In this document: one piece after another, positions 27,878 to 36,905 of the stretch
Numbering within the stretch: position 1 is the stretch's first letter
How the letters are laid out: each line of letters begins with the position of its first letter
Notes under the pieces: model-generated
Seen by the model: only the letters and a program-made list of their open reading frames with translations
Told to the model about the DNA's origin: nothing
The model's database searches: none
Position numbers and translations under genes: made by a program
DNA from: Acidimicrobiia bacterium
GTDB taxonomy: Bacteria > Actinomycetota > Acidimicrobiia > IMCC26256 > PALSA-610
Direction: 5' to 3'
DNA: 64,000 nucleotides
Assembly (NCBI GenBank): GCA_038238245.1
Contig: JBBRXX010000002.1
Location: forward strand, 88,907-152,906

Positions 27878-28626
27878 CGACGATGACCGAGCGTGATGTC
27901 ACGGCGATCGCGCCGCTCGATCACGACGCCGCGATGCGGCTCGCCGCGACCGAGTACGAGCGGGTCGGCGCGCTCCTGCGCTCGCTCGAGCCGAGTGACT
28001 GGACGCGAGCGACCGAGTGCGAAGGATGGGACGTGCGCGCGATGGCGTCGCACATCGTCGGCATGGTCGAATCGCTGGCGTCGCCGCGCGAGTTCGTCTT
28101 GCTTGGATACCGAGCGTGGCGCCGGCCGGAGGTGTACGTCGACGGCATGACCGCAGTGCAGGTCGACGATCGGCGCGCGTGCCCGCCCGCCGAGCTCATG
28201 GCGCGCTACGACCGGGCGGTCCCGAAGGCGATGCGCACCCGCAAGCGCCTGCCGAAGCCGCTACGGGCGCTTCCGCTCCGCTTCGCGTCTGCGTCCGGCG
28301 TTGTCAAGTGGAATGTTGCCTACCTGCACGACGTGATACTCACGCGTGACAACTGGATGCACCGGATCGACCTCGCCCGTGCCACCGGGCGCGAGATGGT
28401 CACCACCCCCGACCACGACGGCGTGCTGGTTGCCGACGTCGTGCGCGAGTGGGCGCGCGCGCACGGCCAGCCGTGCCGTCTCGAGCTCGAGGGACCCGCG
28501 GGCGGCACCTTCCGTCGTGGCAACGGGGGAGTGTCCGTTGGTCCGCTCGACGCCGTGGAATTCTGCCGAATCCTTTCCGGCCGCAGCCCCGGCTCCGGCC
28601 TGCTCACCACGGAGGTGCCGTTCTGA
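27874..28626 (+). CDS. DinB-fold, mycothiol-dependent maleylpyruvate-isomerase-like (TIGR03083-type) protein
   Basis: The ATG overlaps the TetR stop (ATGA). 'LDHDAAMRLAATEYERVGALLRSLEPSDWTRATECEGWDVRAMASHIVG' is the typical N-terminal metal-binding helix bundle of this family. Confidence 0.8.
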   Translation: MTTMTERDVTAIAPLDHDAAMRLAATEYERVGALLRSLEPSDWTRATECEGWDVRAMASHIVGMVESLASPREFVLLGYRAWRRPEVYVDGMTAVQVDDRRACPPAELMARYDRAVPKAMRTRKRLPKPLRALPLRFASASGVVKWNVAYLHDVILTRDNWMHRIDLARATGREMVTTPDHDGVLVADVVREWARAHGQPCRLELEGPAGGTFRRGNGGVSVGPLDAVEFCRILSGRSPGSGLLTTEVPF

Positions 28627-29348
28627 TGGAAACCCGAATCGACGAGATCGCCAGTGATGTGTTCCGGGTGTCGACGTTCTTCCCGGACGCGAACATCATG
28701 ATGAACCAATTCGTCGTGCGCGCCGACGAGCCGTTGCTGTTCCACACTGGGTACCGCGCATTGTTCCCCCTGGTGTCCGACGCGGTTGCCCGCGTCATGC
28801 CGGTCGAGCAGCTGCGGTGGATCACGTTCGGACACGTCGAAGCGGACGAGTGCGGCGCGATGAACCAGTGGCTCGCGGCGGCACCGAGGGCACAGGTCGC
28901 GCACGGTGCGATGGCGTGCATGGTGCAGGTGAACGACATCGCAGACCGCGAACCCCGACCGCTGGGAAGCGACGAGGTCATCGACCTCGGCGGCAAGCGC
29001 GTTCGCAACATCGACACACCGCACATCCCGCACGGCTGGGACGCGCACGTGATGTTCGAGGAGACGACGGGCACGCTGTTCTGCGGCGACCTCTTCACGC
29101 GTTTCGGCGAGAGCGAGCCGACGACAGACGAAGACCTCGTCGAGGTCGCGCTCGCCGGTGAGCAGTTCGGCGCACCGACCGCGTTGATGCCTTCCACCGG
29201 GCCGACGATCCGCGGACTCTCCGAGCTCGGCGTCAAGACCCTCGCGCTGATGCACGGGCCGTCATACCAAGGCGACTGCGTGAAGCAGCTCGTCGGGCTG
29301 GCCGACGGCTATGACGCGATGCTGCAAGAAGCCGAAGCCCGCGTCTGA
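28626..29348 (+). CDS. metallo-beta-lactamase-fold protein with flavodiiron-core-like ligand pattern
   Basis: The ATG overlaps the preceding stop (TGATG). It carries 'FGHVEADECG' (HxExDE in place of the hydrolase HxHxDH), then 'PHIPHGWD', 'LFCGDLF' and 'ALMHGP'. Confidence 0.8.
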   Translation: METRIDEIASDVFRVSTFFPDANIMMNQFVVRADEPLLFHTGYRALFPLVSDAVARVMPVEQLRWITFGHVEADECGAMNQWLAAAPRAQVAHGAMACMVQVNDIADREPRPLGSDEVIDLGGKRVRNIDTPHIPHGWDAHVMFEETTGTLFCGDLFTRFGESEPTTDEDLVEVALAGEQFGAPTALMPSTGPTIRGLSELGVKTLALMHGPSYQGDCVKQLVGLADGYDAMLQEAEARV

Positions 29349-29358
29349 GCGCCCTTAC

Positions 29359-30111
29359 CTAGTCGAGCTCCGCCTCGCGTTTTTCCACGAACGCCTGGCG
29401 GAGCTCGTCGCTGTCGCCCCAGAGGTTGAGCTCGAACGTGAAGCCCTGCTCGAACCGGTAGGAGCGCTTCACGTCGACGGGGTCGATCATGTTGAGCGAC
29501 TCCTTGGCGCGCTTCATCACGATCGGGCTCTTCTTCGCGATCACCGCCGCGATCTCGTGCGCGGTCTCGAGCAGTTGCTCGCGGCCCACCACACGCTCGA
29601 CCGTGCCGAACGCGAGCAGCTCGGACGCCGAGATCATCGTGCCCATCAAGAACATGGCCCGTGCCTTCTTCTGCGGCACGAAGCGGGCCAGGTGTGTGGC
29701 GACCCCGAGCGCACCGCGATCCACTTCAGGGAGACCGAACGTCGCGTCGTCGGACGCGAGGACGATGTCGGCGTTCGCCGCGAGCCCGATTCCGCCGCCG
29801 AGGCAGAAGCCCTGCACGGCCGCGATGACGGGTACCTCGCACTCGTAGACGGCCGCGAACGCCTCGTAGCAACCCCGGTTCACGGCGACGAGCGAGGCGT
29901 TCGTCGGGTCGGCGGCGAGCTCTTTGATGTCGACGCCGGCCTGGAAACCCTTGCCCTCGGCGCGCAGGATCACCACCCGGACATCGGGGTCGCGACCCGC
30001 GGCACGAAGCGCGTTGGCGAGCGCGAACCAGCCGGCGACAGGAAGTGCGTTCACCGGGGGATTGTCGATCGTGACGATCGCGACGTGCTCGCGCGTTTCC
30101 GAGCCGATCAT
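29359..30111 (-). CDS. enoyl-CoA hydratase/isomerase (crotonase) family protein
   Basis: ATG 30111 (MIGSETREHVAIVTIDNPPVNAL). Motifs 'VVILRAEGKGFQAGVDIKEL' and 'AAVQGFCLGGGIGLAANADI'. Confidence 0.9.
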   Translation of the reverse strand: MIGSETREHVAIVTIDNPPVNALPVAGWFALANALRAAGRDPDVRVVILRAEGKGFQAGVDIKELAADPTNASLVAVNRGCYEAFAAVYECEVPVIAAVQGFCLGGGIGLAANADIVLASDDATFGLPEVDRGALGVATHLARFVPQKKARAMFLMGTMISASELLAFGTVERVVGREQLLETAHEIAAVIAKKSPIVMKRAKESLNMIDPVDVKRSYRFEQGFTFELNLWGDSDELRQAFVEKREAELD

Positions 30112-30132
30112 GCGCGGAGCATACTTCCGGCA

Positions 30133-31509
30133 ATGGACGTGACAGACGGTCGCAGCCTGTGGCACGCCACCCTTCCGGCCGAGGAGCGCGTGGCTCGGCC
30201 ATCGCTTCCCGGTGATTCGGTCGCGGACGTCGCGATTGCGGGCGCCGGCTACACCGGGCTCTGGACCGCGTACGCGTTGAAGCGCGCCGATCCGACGCTG
30301 CGCATCGTCGTGTGCGAGCGCGAGATCGCGGGTTTCGGCGCGTCGGGACGCAATGGCGGATGGTGCTCGGCACTGTTCGCGGGCAGCCGGGCCGTGACTG
30401 CTCGCCGGCACGGCCGCGACGCGGTGGTCGCGATGCAACGCGCGATGTTCGACACACTCGATGAGATCGAACGGATCATCGCCGCGGAGGCGATCGATTG
30501 CGATTGGGCGCGCGGTGGAACTGTGCACGTGGCGACTGCTCGCGAGCACGTCCCGCACATGCGGCACGAACTCGAGGATCATCAGGCGTGGGGCTTCGGC
30601 CCCGACGACTATCGGCTGCTCGAAGGCGACGACGCCCGGGCCGAGATCGGGTGCGAACCGAACTACGGCGCGCTGTACACACCCCACTGCGCGGCCATTC
30701 ACCCCGCCAAGCTCGTGCGCGCCCTCGCGCGCGTCGTCCAGGCACTCGGTGTCACGATTCACGAGCAGACACCGGTCACCGCGATCGAGCCGGGCCGGTT
30801 GCGTACGACCCACGGCGACGTGCGCGCCGAGATCGTGGTGCGCGCCACCGAAGCGTTCACTCCTGACCTCCCGGAGCTCCGGCGGGCAGTGGTGCCGATC
30901 TACTCGTTGATGATCGCGACCGAGCCTCTCCCCGACGAGTTCTGGGCAACCGCCGGCCTTGCCCGGCGTCCGACGTTTGCCGACTACCGACGCATGATCA
31001 TCTACGGACAGCGCACCGCGGATGGGCGGTTCGCGTTCGGCGGGCGGGGCGCGCCGTATCACTTCGGCTCGCGAGTCCGGCCCGCGTTCGACGTCGACGT
31101 CGGGGTGTTCGAGAAACTGCACGCGACCTTGCGCTCGTTGTTCCCGAAGCTCGGCGACGCGGCGATCACACACCGCTGGGGTGGCGCGGTCGCCGTGCCG
31201 CGCGACTGGTATCCGTCGGTCGGCTTCGACCGCAGCACCGGCATGGCCTGGGCGGGCGGTTATGTGGGTGACGGCGTGAGCACGACGAACCTCGCAGGTC
31301 GCACGCTCGCCGACCTGGTGCTCGGGCACGATTCGCCGCTCGTGCGGTTGCCGTGGGTCGGTCATCAGTCGCCGCGGTGGGAGCGGGAGCCGTGGCGATG
31401 GCTCGGCGTGAACCTCTCGCGTGTGCTCGTCGAGTCGATCGACCGTGCGGAAGCAAGCGGACAAGAAGCCCGACTGCGGAAGCGCGCGGCCGCGCGCCTG
31501 TTCGCGTGA
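30133..31509 (+). CDS. FAD-dependent oxidoreductase (DadA / gamma-glutamylputrescine-oxidase-like)
   Basis: ATG 30133. 'SLWHATLP...DVAIAGAGYTGLWTAYAL' is the dinucleotide-binding fold, followed by 'GASGRNGGW'. The first 270 codons of track ORF 29311.. are antisense to the crotonase gene. Confidence 0.88.
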   Translation: MDVTDGRSLWHATLPAEERVARPSLPGDSVADVAIAGAGYTGLWTAYALKRADPTLRIVVCEREIAGFGASGRNGGWCSALFAGSRAVTARRHGRDAVVAMQRAMFDTLDEIERIIAAEAIDCDWARGGTVHVATAREHVPHMRHELEDHQAWGFGPDDYRLLEGDDARAEIGCEPNYGALYTPHCAAIHPAKLVRALARVVQALGVTIHEQTPVTAIEPGRLRTTHGDVRAEIVVRATEAFTPDLPELRRAVVPIYSLMIATEPLPDEFWATAGLARRPTFADYRRMIIYGQRTADGRFAFGGRGAPYHFGSRVRPAFDVDVGVFEKLHATLRSLFPKLGDAAITHRWGGAVAVPRDWYPSVGFDRSTGMAWAGGYVGDGVSTTNLAGRTLADLVLGHDSPLVRLPWVGHQSPRWEREPWRWLGVNLSRVLVESIDRAEASGQEARLRKRAAARLFA

Positions 31510-31513
31510 GACC

Positions 31514-32320
31514 TCAGTCGAACGCGGGCATCGGCGGCAGCTCCTTCGCGACCAGCGCGTCGGCACGGATCCGGATCTGCTCGCCGTAGCTCGGCCGGGT
31601 GGGGACGAGGTACTGCTCGCCGCGGATGGCGTCGACGATCAGCGCCGCGACGTCATCGGGCGGAGCACCCTGGGTGCTGGTGAGGTCGACGAGCGCCTGT
31701 TCGACGAACGCGGCGTCGTCGGTGCGCGTCGCGGCGAGGTCGGCCGGGCGGTTGCGACCGGACGCCCCGATGCTCGTCGCAACCGCGCCGGGAACGACGG
31801 CCGACACCTTGATCGGCGCGCCCATCGACTGCAGGTCGTGCGCGAGGCACTCGGTGGCGGCGAGCGCGGCGAACTTCGAGATCGTGTACGGGCCCGAGAA
31901 GGCGTTCGTGCAGAGCCCCGCCATCGACACCGTGTTGACGATGTGGGCCGGCGTCCCGGCCTCCAGCATGCGCGGCACGAAGGCGCGGATGCCGTTGAGG
32001 ACGCCCCAGAGGTTGACGCCGAGCGTCCAGGTGAAGTCCGACGCCGGACGCTCCCACATGAGCCCGCCCGCGAACACACCCGCGTTGTTGCAGAGCACGT
32101 CGACCGCGCCGAAGGTTTCGTACGCGAAGTCGGCGAGCGCCGCGACGTCGTCGAATCGGCTGACGTCGGCAATGCACGCGCTCACGCCCGCCGCGGAGAC
32201 TCGCTCGACGTCGGCCGCGACGACCCGCATGCCCTCCGCGACGAACCGATGCGCAAGGGCCCAACCGATGCCGCTCGCGGCGCCGGTGACGACCGCGACC
32301 TTCCCGTGGAGTTGTTCCAT
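31514..32320 (-). CDS. SDR family oxidoreductase
   Basis: ATG 32320. Motifs 'KVAVVTGAASGIGWAL', 'LCNNAGV' and 'YTISKFAALAATE'. Confidence 0.9.
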   Translation of the reverse strand: MEQLHGKVAVVTGAASGIGWALAHRFVAEGMRVVAADVERVSAAGVSACIADVSRFDDVAALADFAYETFGAVDVLCNNAGVFAGGLMWERPASDFTWTLGVNLWGVLNGIRAFVPRMLEAGTPAHIVNTVSMAGLCTNAFSGPYTISKFAALAATECLAHDLQSMGAPIKVSAVVPGAVATSIGASGRNRPADLAATRTDDAAFVEQALVDLTSTQGAPPDDVAALIVDAIRGEQYLVPTRPSYGEQIRIRADALVAKELPPMPAFD

Positions 32321-32420
32321 CGCGGCATCGTGACAGAGGATTCGCACCATGAGCGAGCGTTGGGAGGGCGGGTATCCCGCCGAGTAGCGAGCGGGGCCCG
32401 AGCGGCCCGGCGCGGAGCGC

Positions 32421-32460
32421 CGAGAGCGGAGAGCGATGAGCGAGAGCGGAGAGCGATGAG
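32421..32460. repeat. perfect 2 x 20-bp tandem duplication spanning the GH3 start codon
   Basis: cgagagcggagagcgatgag occurs at 32421-32440 and again at 32441-32460, and a third partial copy (cgagcgga) follows. Each copy contains an ATG. Confidence 0.95.
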
Positions 32461-34852
32461 CGAGCGGATCGAGAAGCTGGTCGGCGAGCTGACCCTCGCC
32501 GAGAAGGCGGGTCTGGTCGCGGGCGTCGACCTCTGGCACGGCCCCGGCGTCGAGCGGATCGGGATCCCGCCGCTGAAGGTGACCGACGGACCGAGCGGCG
32601 CACGGGGTGAGCAGTGGTCGGGCCGACCGTCGGCCAACTTTCCGTGTGGCACTGCCCTCGGCGCGACCTGGAACCCGGACCTCGTGCACGAGGTCGGTAT
32701 CAGGCTCGGTGTCGAGACCAAGCGCAAGCAGGCGCATGCGTTGCTCGCACCGACCGTCAACATCCACCGCCACCCGCTCGCGGGCCGCAACTTCGAGTGC
32801 TACTCCGAAGATCCCTTCCTCTCGGCGCGCATGGCGGTCGCGTACATCACCGGCGTGCAATCAGAGGATGTCGCGTGCACGGTGAAGCATTTCGTCGCGA
32901 ACGACTCCGAGTTCGAGCGCATGACGATCAGCTCCGAGGTCGACGAGCGCACGCTGCGCGAGATCTCGCTCGTACCGTTCGAGGCCGCCGTGACCGAGGC
33001 GGGCACGTGGGCCCTGATGACCGCATACAACCGCGTGCACGGCACCTACTGCAGCGAGCACGAACCGTTGCTCACGATGTTGCGTGACGAGTGGGGCTTT
33101 GACGGCGTCGTGATCTCCGACTGGTACGGCACGCACAGCACGGCACCGGCGGCGAATGCGGGACTCGATCTCGAGATGCCCGGGCCGCCCCAATGGTTCG
33201 ACGAACGGCTCGCGGAGGCGGTGCGCGCCGGTCAGGTGCCGGAGGAGATGCTCGACGACAAGGTGCGCCGCGTGCTCACGCTGCTCGACCGTACCGGCCG
33301 GCTCGACGATGCCGCACCCCACGCAGAGATCTGCACGGACGATCCCGTCGACCGCGCGACGGCGCGCCGCGCCGCGCAGGAGAGCTTCGTGTTGCTGCAC
33401 AACGATGCGGGCACGCTTCCGTTGGGCGACGGCGTCCGCACCCTTGCAGTCATCGGTCCGAATGCCGACGCGACGGTGATCCAGGGCGGCGGGAGCGCGC
33501 GTGTCACGCCGCATCCCCCGGTGTCGCCGCTCGCCGGACTACGCGCCCGCTTCGAAGCAGACGGTGTCGACGTCGTGCACGAGCGAGGTTGCTACAGCTT
33601 CAAGCGCACGCCGGTGCTCGACGAGCGTGCGCTGCAATCACCGTTACAGGTCGAGTATTTCGCCGGGCGCGAACGCGCAGGTGAGCCGGTGTACACGGAG
33701 GATTCGGCGCGCGCGCTGTTCACCTATATCGGTCCGGTCGGTCACGGTGTCCCGAGTGAGTTCTCGATGCGCGTGACCGGCACGGTCGTCGCCACTGAGA
33801 GCGGCGAGTGGAAGTTCACGCTCGTCCAGGTGGGTCGCGCTCGTCTGTTGCTCGACGGCAACGTGGTCGTCGACAACTGGAACCCGACGGGGCGCAGCGA
33901 CGCGTTCATGGGGTTCGGCAGCGCGGAGGCAGAGGGCACGATCACGTTGACCGCGGGCGAGCCGCACGAGTTGGAAGTGCAGTTCGTGCCGCCGCGCGGG
34001 CTCGGCGGTCTGGAGATCGGGTGCCGGCCGCCGGCGCCGCCCGACCTGATGGATCGCGCGGTCGCGCTGGCGCGCCGCGCCGACGCCGTCGTCTGTGTCA
34101 TCGGTACCGACAACGACTGGGAGACCGAGGGGCACGACCGGGAGTCGATGGCGCTGCCGCCGCCACAGGACGAGCTCGTACGCGCCGTCGCGGCCACCAA
34201 CCCGCGTACGGTAGTCATCGTGAACGCGGCGTCGCCCGTCCACATGCCGTGGCGCGCCGATGTGGCGGCGATCCTCCAGGCGTGGTTCCCGGGCGAGGAG
34301 TGGGGCAATGCGCTCGCCGACGTGCTGAGCGGCGACGTCTCGCCGTCGGGCAAGCTGCCGACGACCTTTCCCCGCCGCATCGAGGACACGCCGGCGTTCA
34401 CGACCTATCCGGGCGAGCGCGGGGAGGTGCGCTACGGCGAGGGTGTGTTCGTCGGCTACCGCTGGTACGACGCGCGCGACATCGAGCCACGGTTCCCGTT
34501 CGGCCACGGCCTCTCGTATACGACGTTTGAGCTCGGCGATCCGGCATGGGACGGTTCCTCGGTGCGTCTGCGCGTCACGAACACCGGCACGCGGCGAGGC
34601 GCGGAAGTCGTCCAGTGCTACGTGCACGACGTGGAGTCGTCGGTCGCCCGGCCGCCGCAGGAGCTGAAGGCGTTCGGCAAGGTGCAGCTCGACCCCGGAG
34701 AATCGCAGGAGGTCGCTTTGGCGCTCGACGACCGCGCGTTCGCGTTCTGGGACGTTGCCGCGCACGGGTGGACGGTCGAGCCCGGTGAGTTCGAGCTGCG
34801 GATCGGCACGTCGTCGCGCGACATCAGGCACCGCGTCACGGTCACGAGGTGA
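32456..34852 (+). CDS. glycoside hydrolase family 3 beta-glucosidase with PA14-like insert
   Basis: ATG 32456 (MSERIEKLVGELTLAEKAGL). Motifs 'KVTDGPSGARG', 'KHFVANDSE' and 'VISDWYG' (nucleophile Asp region). The PA14-like segment is 'EFSMRVTGTVVATESGEWKFTLVQVGRARLLLDG', and the C-terminal Fn3-like domain contains 'FGHGLSYTTF'. No signal peptide. Confidence 0.93.
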   Translation: MSERIEKLVGELTLAEKAGLVAGVDLWHGPGVERIGIPPLKVTDGPSGARGEQWSGRPSANFPCGTALGATWNPDLVHEVGIRLGVETKRKQAHALLAPTVNIHRHPLAGRNFECYSEDPFLSARMAVAYITGVQSEDVACTVKHFVANDSEFERMTISSEVDERTLREISLVPFEAAVTEAGTWALMTAYNRVHGTYCSEHEPLLTMLRDEWGFDGVVISDWYGTHSTAPAANAGLDLEMPGPPQWFDERLAEAVRAGQVPEEMLDDKVRRVLTLLDRTGRLDDAAPHAEICTDDPVDRATARRAAQESFVLLHNDAGTLPLGDGVRTLAVIGPNADATVIQGGGSARVTPHPPVSPLAGLRARFEADGVDVVHERGCYSFKRTPVLDERALQSPLQVEYFAGRERAGEPVYTEDSARALFTYIGPVGHGVPSEFSMRVTGTVVATESGEWKFTLVQVGRARLLLDGNVVVDNWNPTGRSDAFMGFGSAEAEGTITLTAGEPHELEVQFVPPRGLGGLEIGCRPPAPPDLMDRAVALARRADAVVCVIGTDNDWETEGHDRESMALPPPQDELVRAVAATNPRTVVIVNAASPVHMPWRADVAAILQAWFPGEEWGNALADVLSGDVSPSGKLPTTFPRRIEDTPAFTTYPGERGEVRYGEGVFVGYRWYDARDIEPRFPFGHGLSYTTFELGDPAWDGSSVRLRVTNTGTRRGAEVVQCYVHDVESSVARPPQELKAFGKVQLDPGESQEVALALDDRAFAFWDVAAHGWTVEPGEFELRIGTSSRDIRHRVTVTR

Positions 34853-35766
34853 GTGTGCCGACGCTCACCGTCGGCCTCGCCAACTTCGGCGGCACGTACG
34901 CGTCGGGGGAGTGGAGACGTTTTCTCGATCTCGGACGCGCGGCCGATGATGCCGGGGTCGATCGCGTCGTGCTCGTCGACCACGTCGTGATGGGACCGCA
35001 CACGGAGAACTACATGTGGGGCAGGTTCCCGGTCCCGCCGGACGCGCCGTGGTTGGAGCCGCTCACGATGCTGAGCGCGATCGCGGCGGTCACCTCGCGG
35101 GTCCGGCTCGCGACCGGCATCCTGATCGTGCCATTGCGGCCTGCCGTCTTGCTCGCGAAGCAGATCGCGACGCTCGACCAGATCTCGGGGGCACGCGTCG
35201 ACCTCGGTGTCGGGACCGGCTGGCAGCGCGAGGAGTACGACGCGGAAGGACTGTCGTTCGACCAGCGGGGCCAGTTGCTCACGGACACGCTCGCCGCGTG
35301 CCGGGTGCTGTGGCGCGACACACCCGCGAATTTCAGCTCTCCGACGGTGTCGTTCCGCGAGACGTACCTCGAACCGAAGCCCCTTCAGCCGGGAGGGGTG
35401 CCGTTGTGGATCGCAGGCACGTTGCACAAGCGCAACCTGGAGCGCGTCGTGCGGTTCGGCGATGCCTGGATCCCGATCATGGGTGAGACGATCGAAGGGA
35501 TCGGCGAGGGCGCCCGCCGGATACGTGACGCGCTGGTCGCCGCGCATCGCGACCCGTCGTCGTTCCAGGTGCAGGCGCCACTACGGATCGCGACGGGTGA
35601 CGACGGCCGGCCCGATCTTGCCCGCAGCATGGAATCCGTCCATGCGTTGCTCGCGGCGGGCGCGACCGACGTACACGTGACGCTGCGGGCGTTCGCGCGC
35701 GACGTCGAGGACGCGCCGAAAATGATGGTGGAGCTGCGGAGGCGCTTCGACGACGTCGCGTTGTAG
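34849..35766 (+). CDS. LLM-class F420-dependent oxidoreductase (TIGR03619-like)
   Basis: The GTG overlaps the GH3 stop (GTGA). 'RVVLVDHVVMG', 'ISGARVDLGVGTGWQREEYDAEG' and 'RFGDAWIPI' are typical of the luciferase-like F420 subgroup. Confidence 0.88.
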   Translation: MSVPTLTVGLANFGGTYASGEWRRFLDLGRAADDAGVDRVVLVDHVVMGPHTENYMWGRFPVPPDAPWLEPLTMLSAIAAVTSRVRLATGILIVPLRPAVLLAKQIATLDQISGARVDLGVGTGWQREEYDAEGLSFDQRGQLLTDTLAACRVLWRDTPANFSSPTVSFRETYLEPKPLQPGGVPLWIAGTLHKRNLERVVRFGDAWIPIMGETIEGIGEGARRIRDALVAAHRDPSSFQVQAPLRIATGDDGRPDLARSMESVHALLAAGATDVHVTLRAFARDVEDAPKMMVELRRRFDDVAL

Positions 35767-35776
35767 CGTCGCTTCC

Positions 35777-36889
35777 GTGCTGACACCGTTCGACGACTAT
35801 CCGATCCACCAGACCGCGCTGCCGCTCGCGCACCCCGCGAGCGGCGACCCGAACCACTACGACCGCTTCTGGTTCAACGGGTACACCGAGGATTTCTACT
35901 TCGCAGCCGGCATGGCGGTGTACCCGAACCGGGGCATCATCGACGGCGCGTTCGCCGTCGTACGCGACGGTGTGCAACGGTCGGTGTTCGCGTCGGGCCG
36001 TATTCCGGTGGATCGGAGCGAGACACGCATCGGTCCGCTCACGATCGAAGTGGTCGAGCCGTTGCGTGTGACGAGGGTGCGCGCGGATGCCGCCGACTCC
36101 GGCATCGACGCCGACGTCACGTTCACCGCCCGAACGGTGGCGCTCGAAGAGCCGCGCCAGACGATCACCGCCGGGACCAAGACCGTCATGGACGCCACGC
36201 GCCTGACGCAGTGGGGCACGTGGTCGGGCCGAATCGCGGTGGCCGGTACCGAGATCCCGATCGATCATGTCTACGGCACGAAGGATCGGTCATGGGGTGT
36301 GCGGCCGGTCGGCGCGCCTGTCGCGGGCGCGCCCGACACGACGCTGCCCCAGGTGTTCTTCCTGTGGGCGCCGATCAATTGGGACGACTGCTGCACACAT
36401 TTCTTGTGTTTCGAGCGTGCAAACGGCGACCGCTTCGTCGGCAGCCAGGCCGTGCTCGACTTCGTCGGGGGGCGTGATCCGGTGTTCGGTCCCGACGCCG
36501 AGTCCCGGATTCACCACCTCGCGGCAACGGTGCACGAAATACGGTGGGCGAAGGGGCTGCGGCGTTCTGACGGCGCGACGCTCCGCCTGTTCCGTCACGA
36601 CGGAGGCGAGGAACGCATCGAGCTCGAGCCGTTGCTCACCTTCCGCATGCGCGGTCTCGGCTACACCCATCCCGAATGGGGACACGGTCACTGGCACGGC
36701 GAGCTCGCGGTCGGCGCCGAGGAGCACAAGGTCGAAGAGCTCGACAACGTCGAACCGTGGAACATTCACATCCAGCAGGTGATGCGTGCACGCTGGGGCA
36801 ACAAGACCGGCCTCGGGGTTCTCGAGCAGCTTGCCTTCGGAGATCACCACCCAAGCGGCCTCATCGGCATCCTCGACGGCTACAAATGA
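35777..36889 (+). CDS. conserved hypothetical protein (370 aa), possibly a CrtC/AttH-like beta-rich fold
   Basis: GTG start 10 nt after the LLM stop, with strong GC3. 'DDYPIHQT...DRFWFNGY', 'GTKDRSWGVRP' and 'FFLWAPINWDD' only loosely recall the hydroxyneurosporene-synthase/AttH family. Function unknown. Confidence 0.7.
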   Translation: MLTPFDDYPIHQTALPLAHPASGDPNHYDRFWFNGYTEDFYFAAGMAVYPNRGIIDGAFAVVRDGVQRSVFASGRIPVDRSETRIGPLTIEVVEPLRVTRVRADAADSGIDADVTFTARTVALEEPRQTITAGTKTVMDATRLTQWGTWSGRIAVAGTEIPIDHVYGTKDRSWGVRPVGAPVAGAPDTTLPQVFFLWAPINWDDCCTHFLCFERANGDRFVGSQAVLDFVGGRDPVFGPDAESRIHHLAATVHEIRWAKGLRRSDGATLRLFRHDGGEERIELEPLLTFRMRGLGYTHPEWGHGHWHGELAVGAEEHKVEELDNVEPWNIHIQQVMRARWGNKTGLGVLEQLAFGDHHPSGLIGILDGYK

Positions 36890-36905
36890 CCGAGCGGCGA
36901 CGCGG

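Noticed and set aside
29311-31509. The 732-aa plus-strand ORF read as one large protein; likewise 31421-34852 (1143 aa) and 50226-52484 (752 aa, minus)
   Set aside because: Only the C-terminal parts carry family motifs: the FAD oxidoreductase from ATG 30133, GH3 from ATG 32456, and DoxX from ATG 50618. The N-terminal extensions run antisense through neighbouring well-supported genes.
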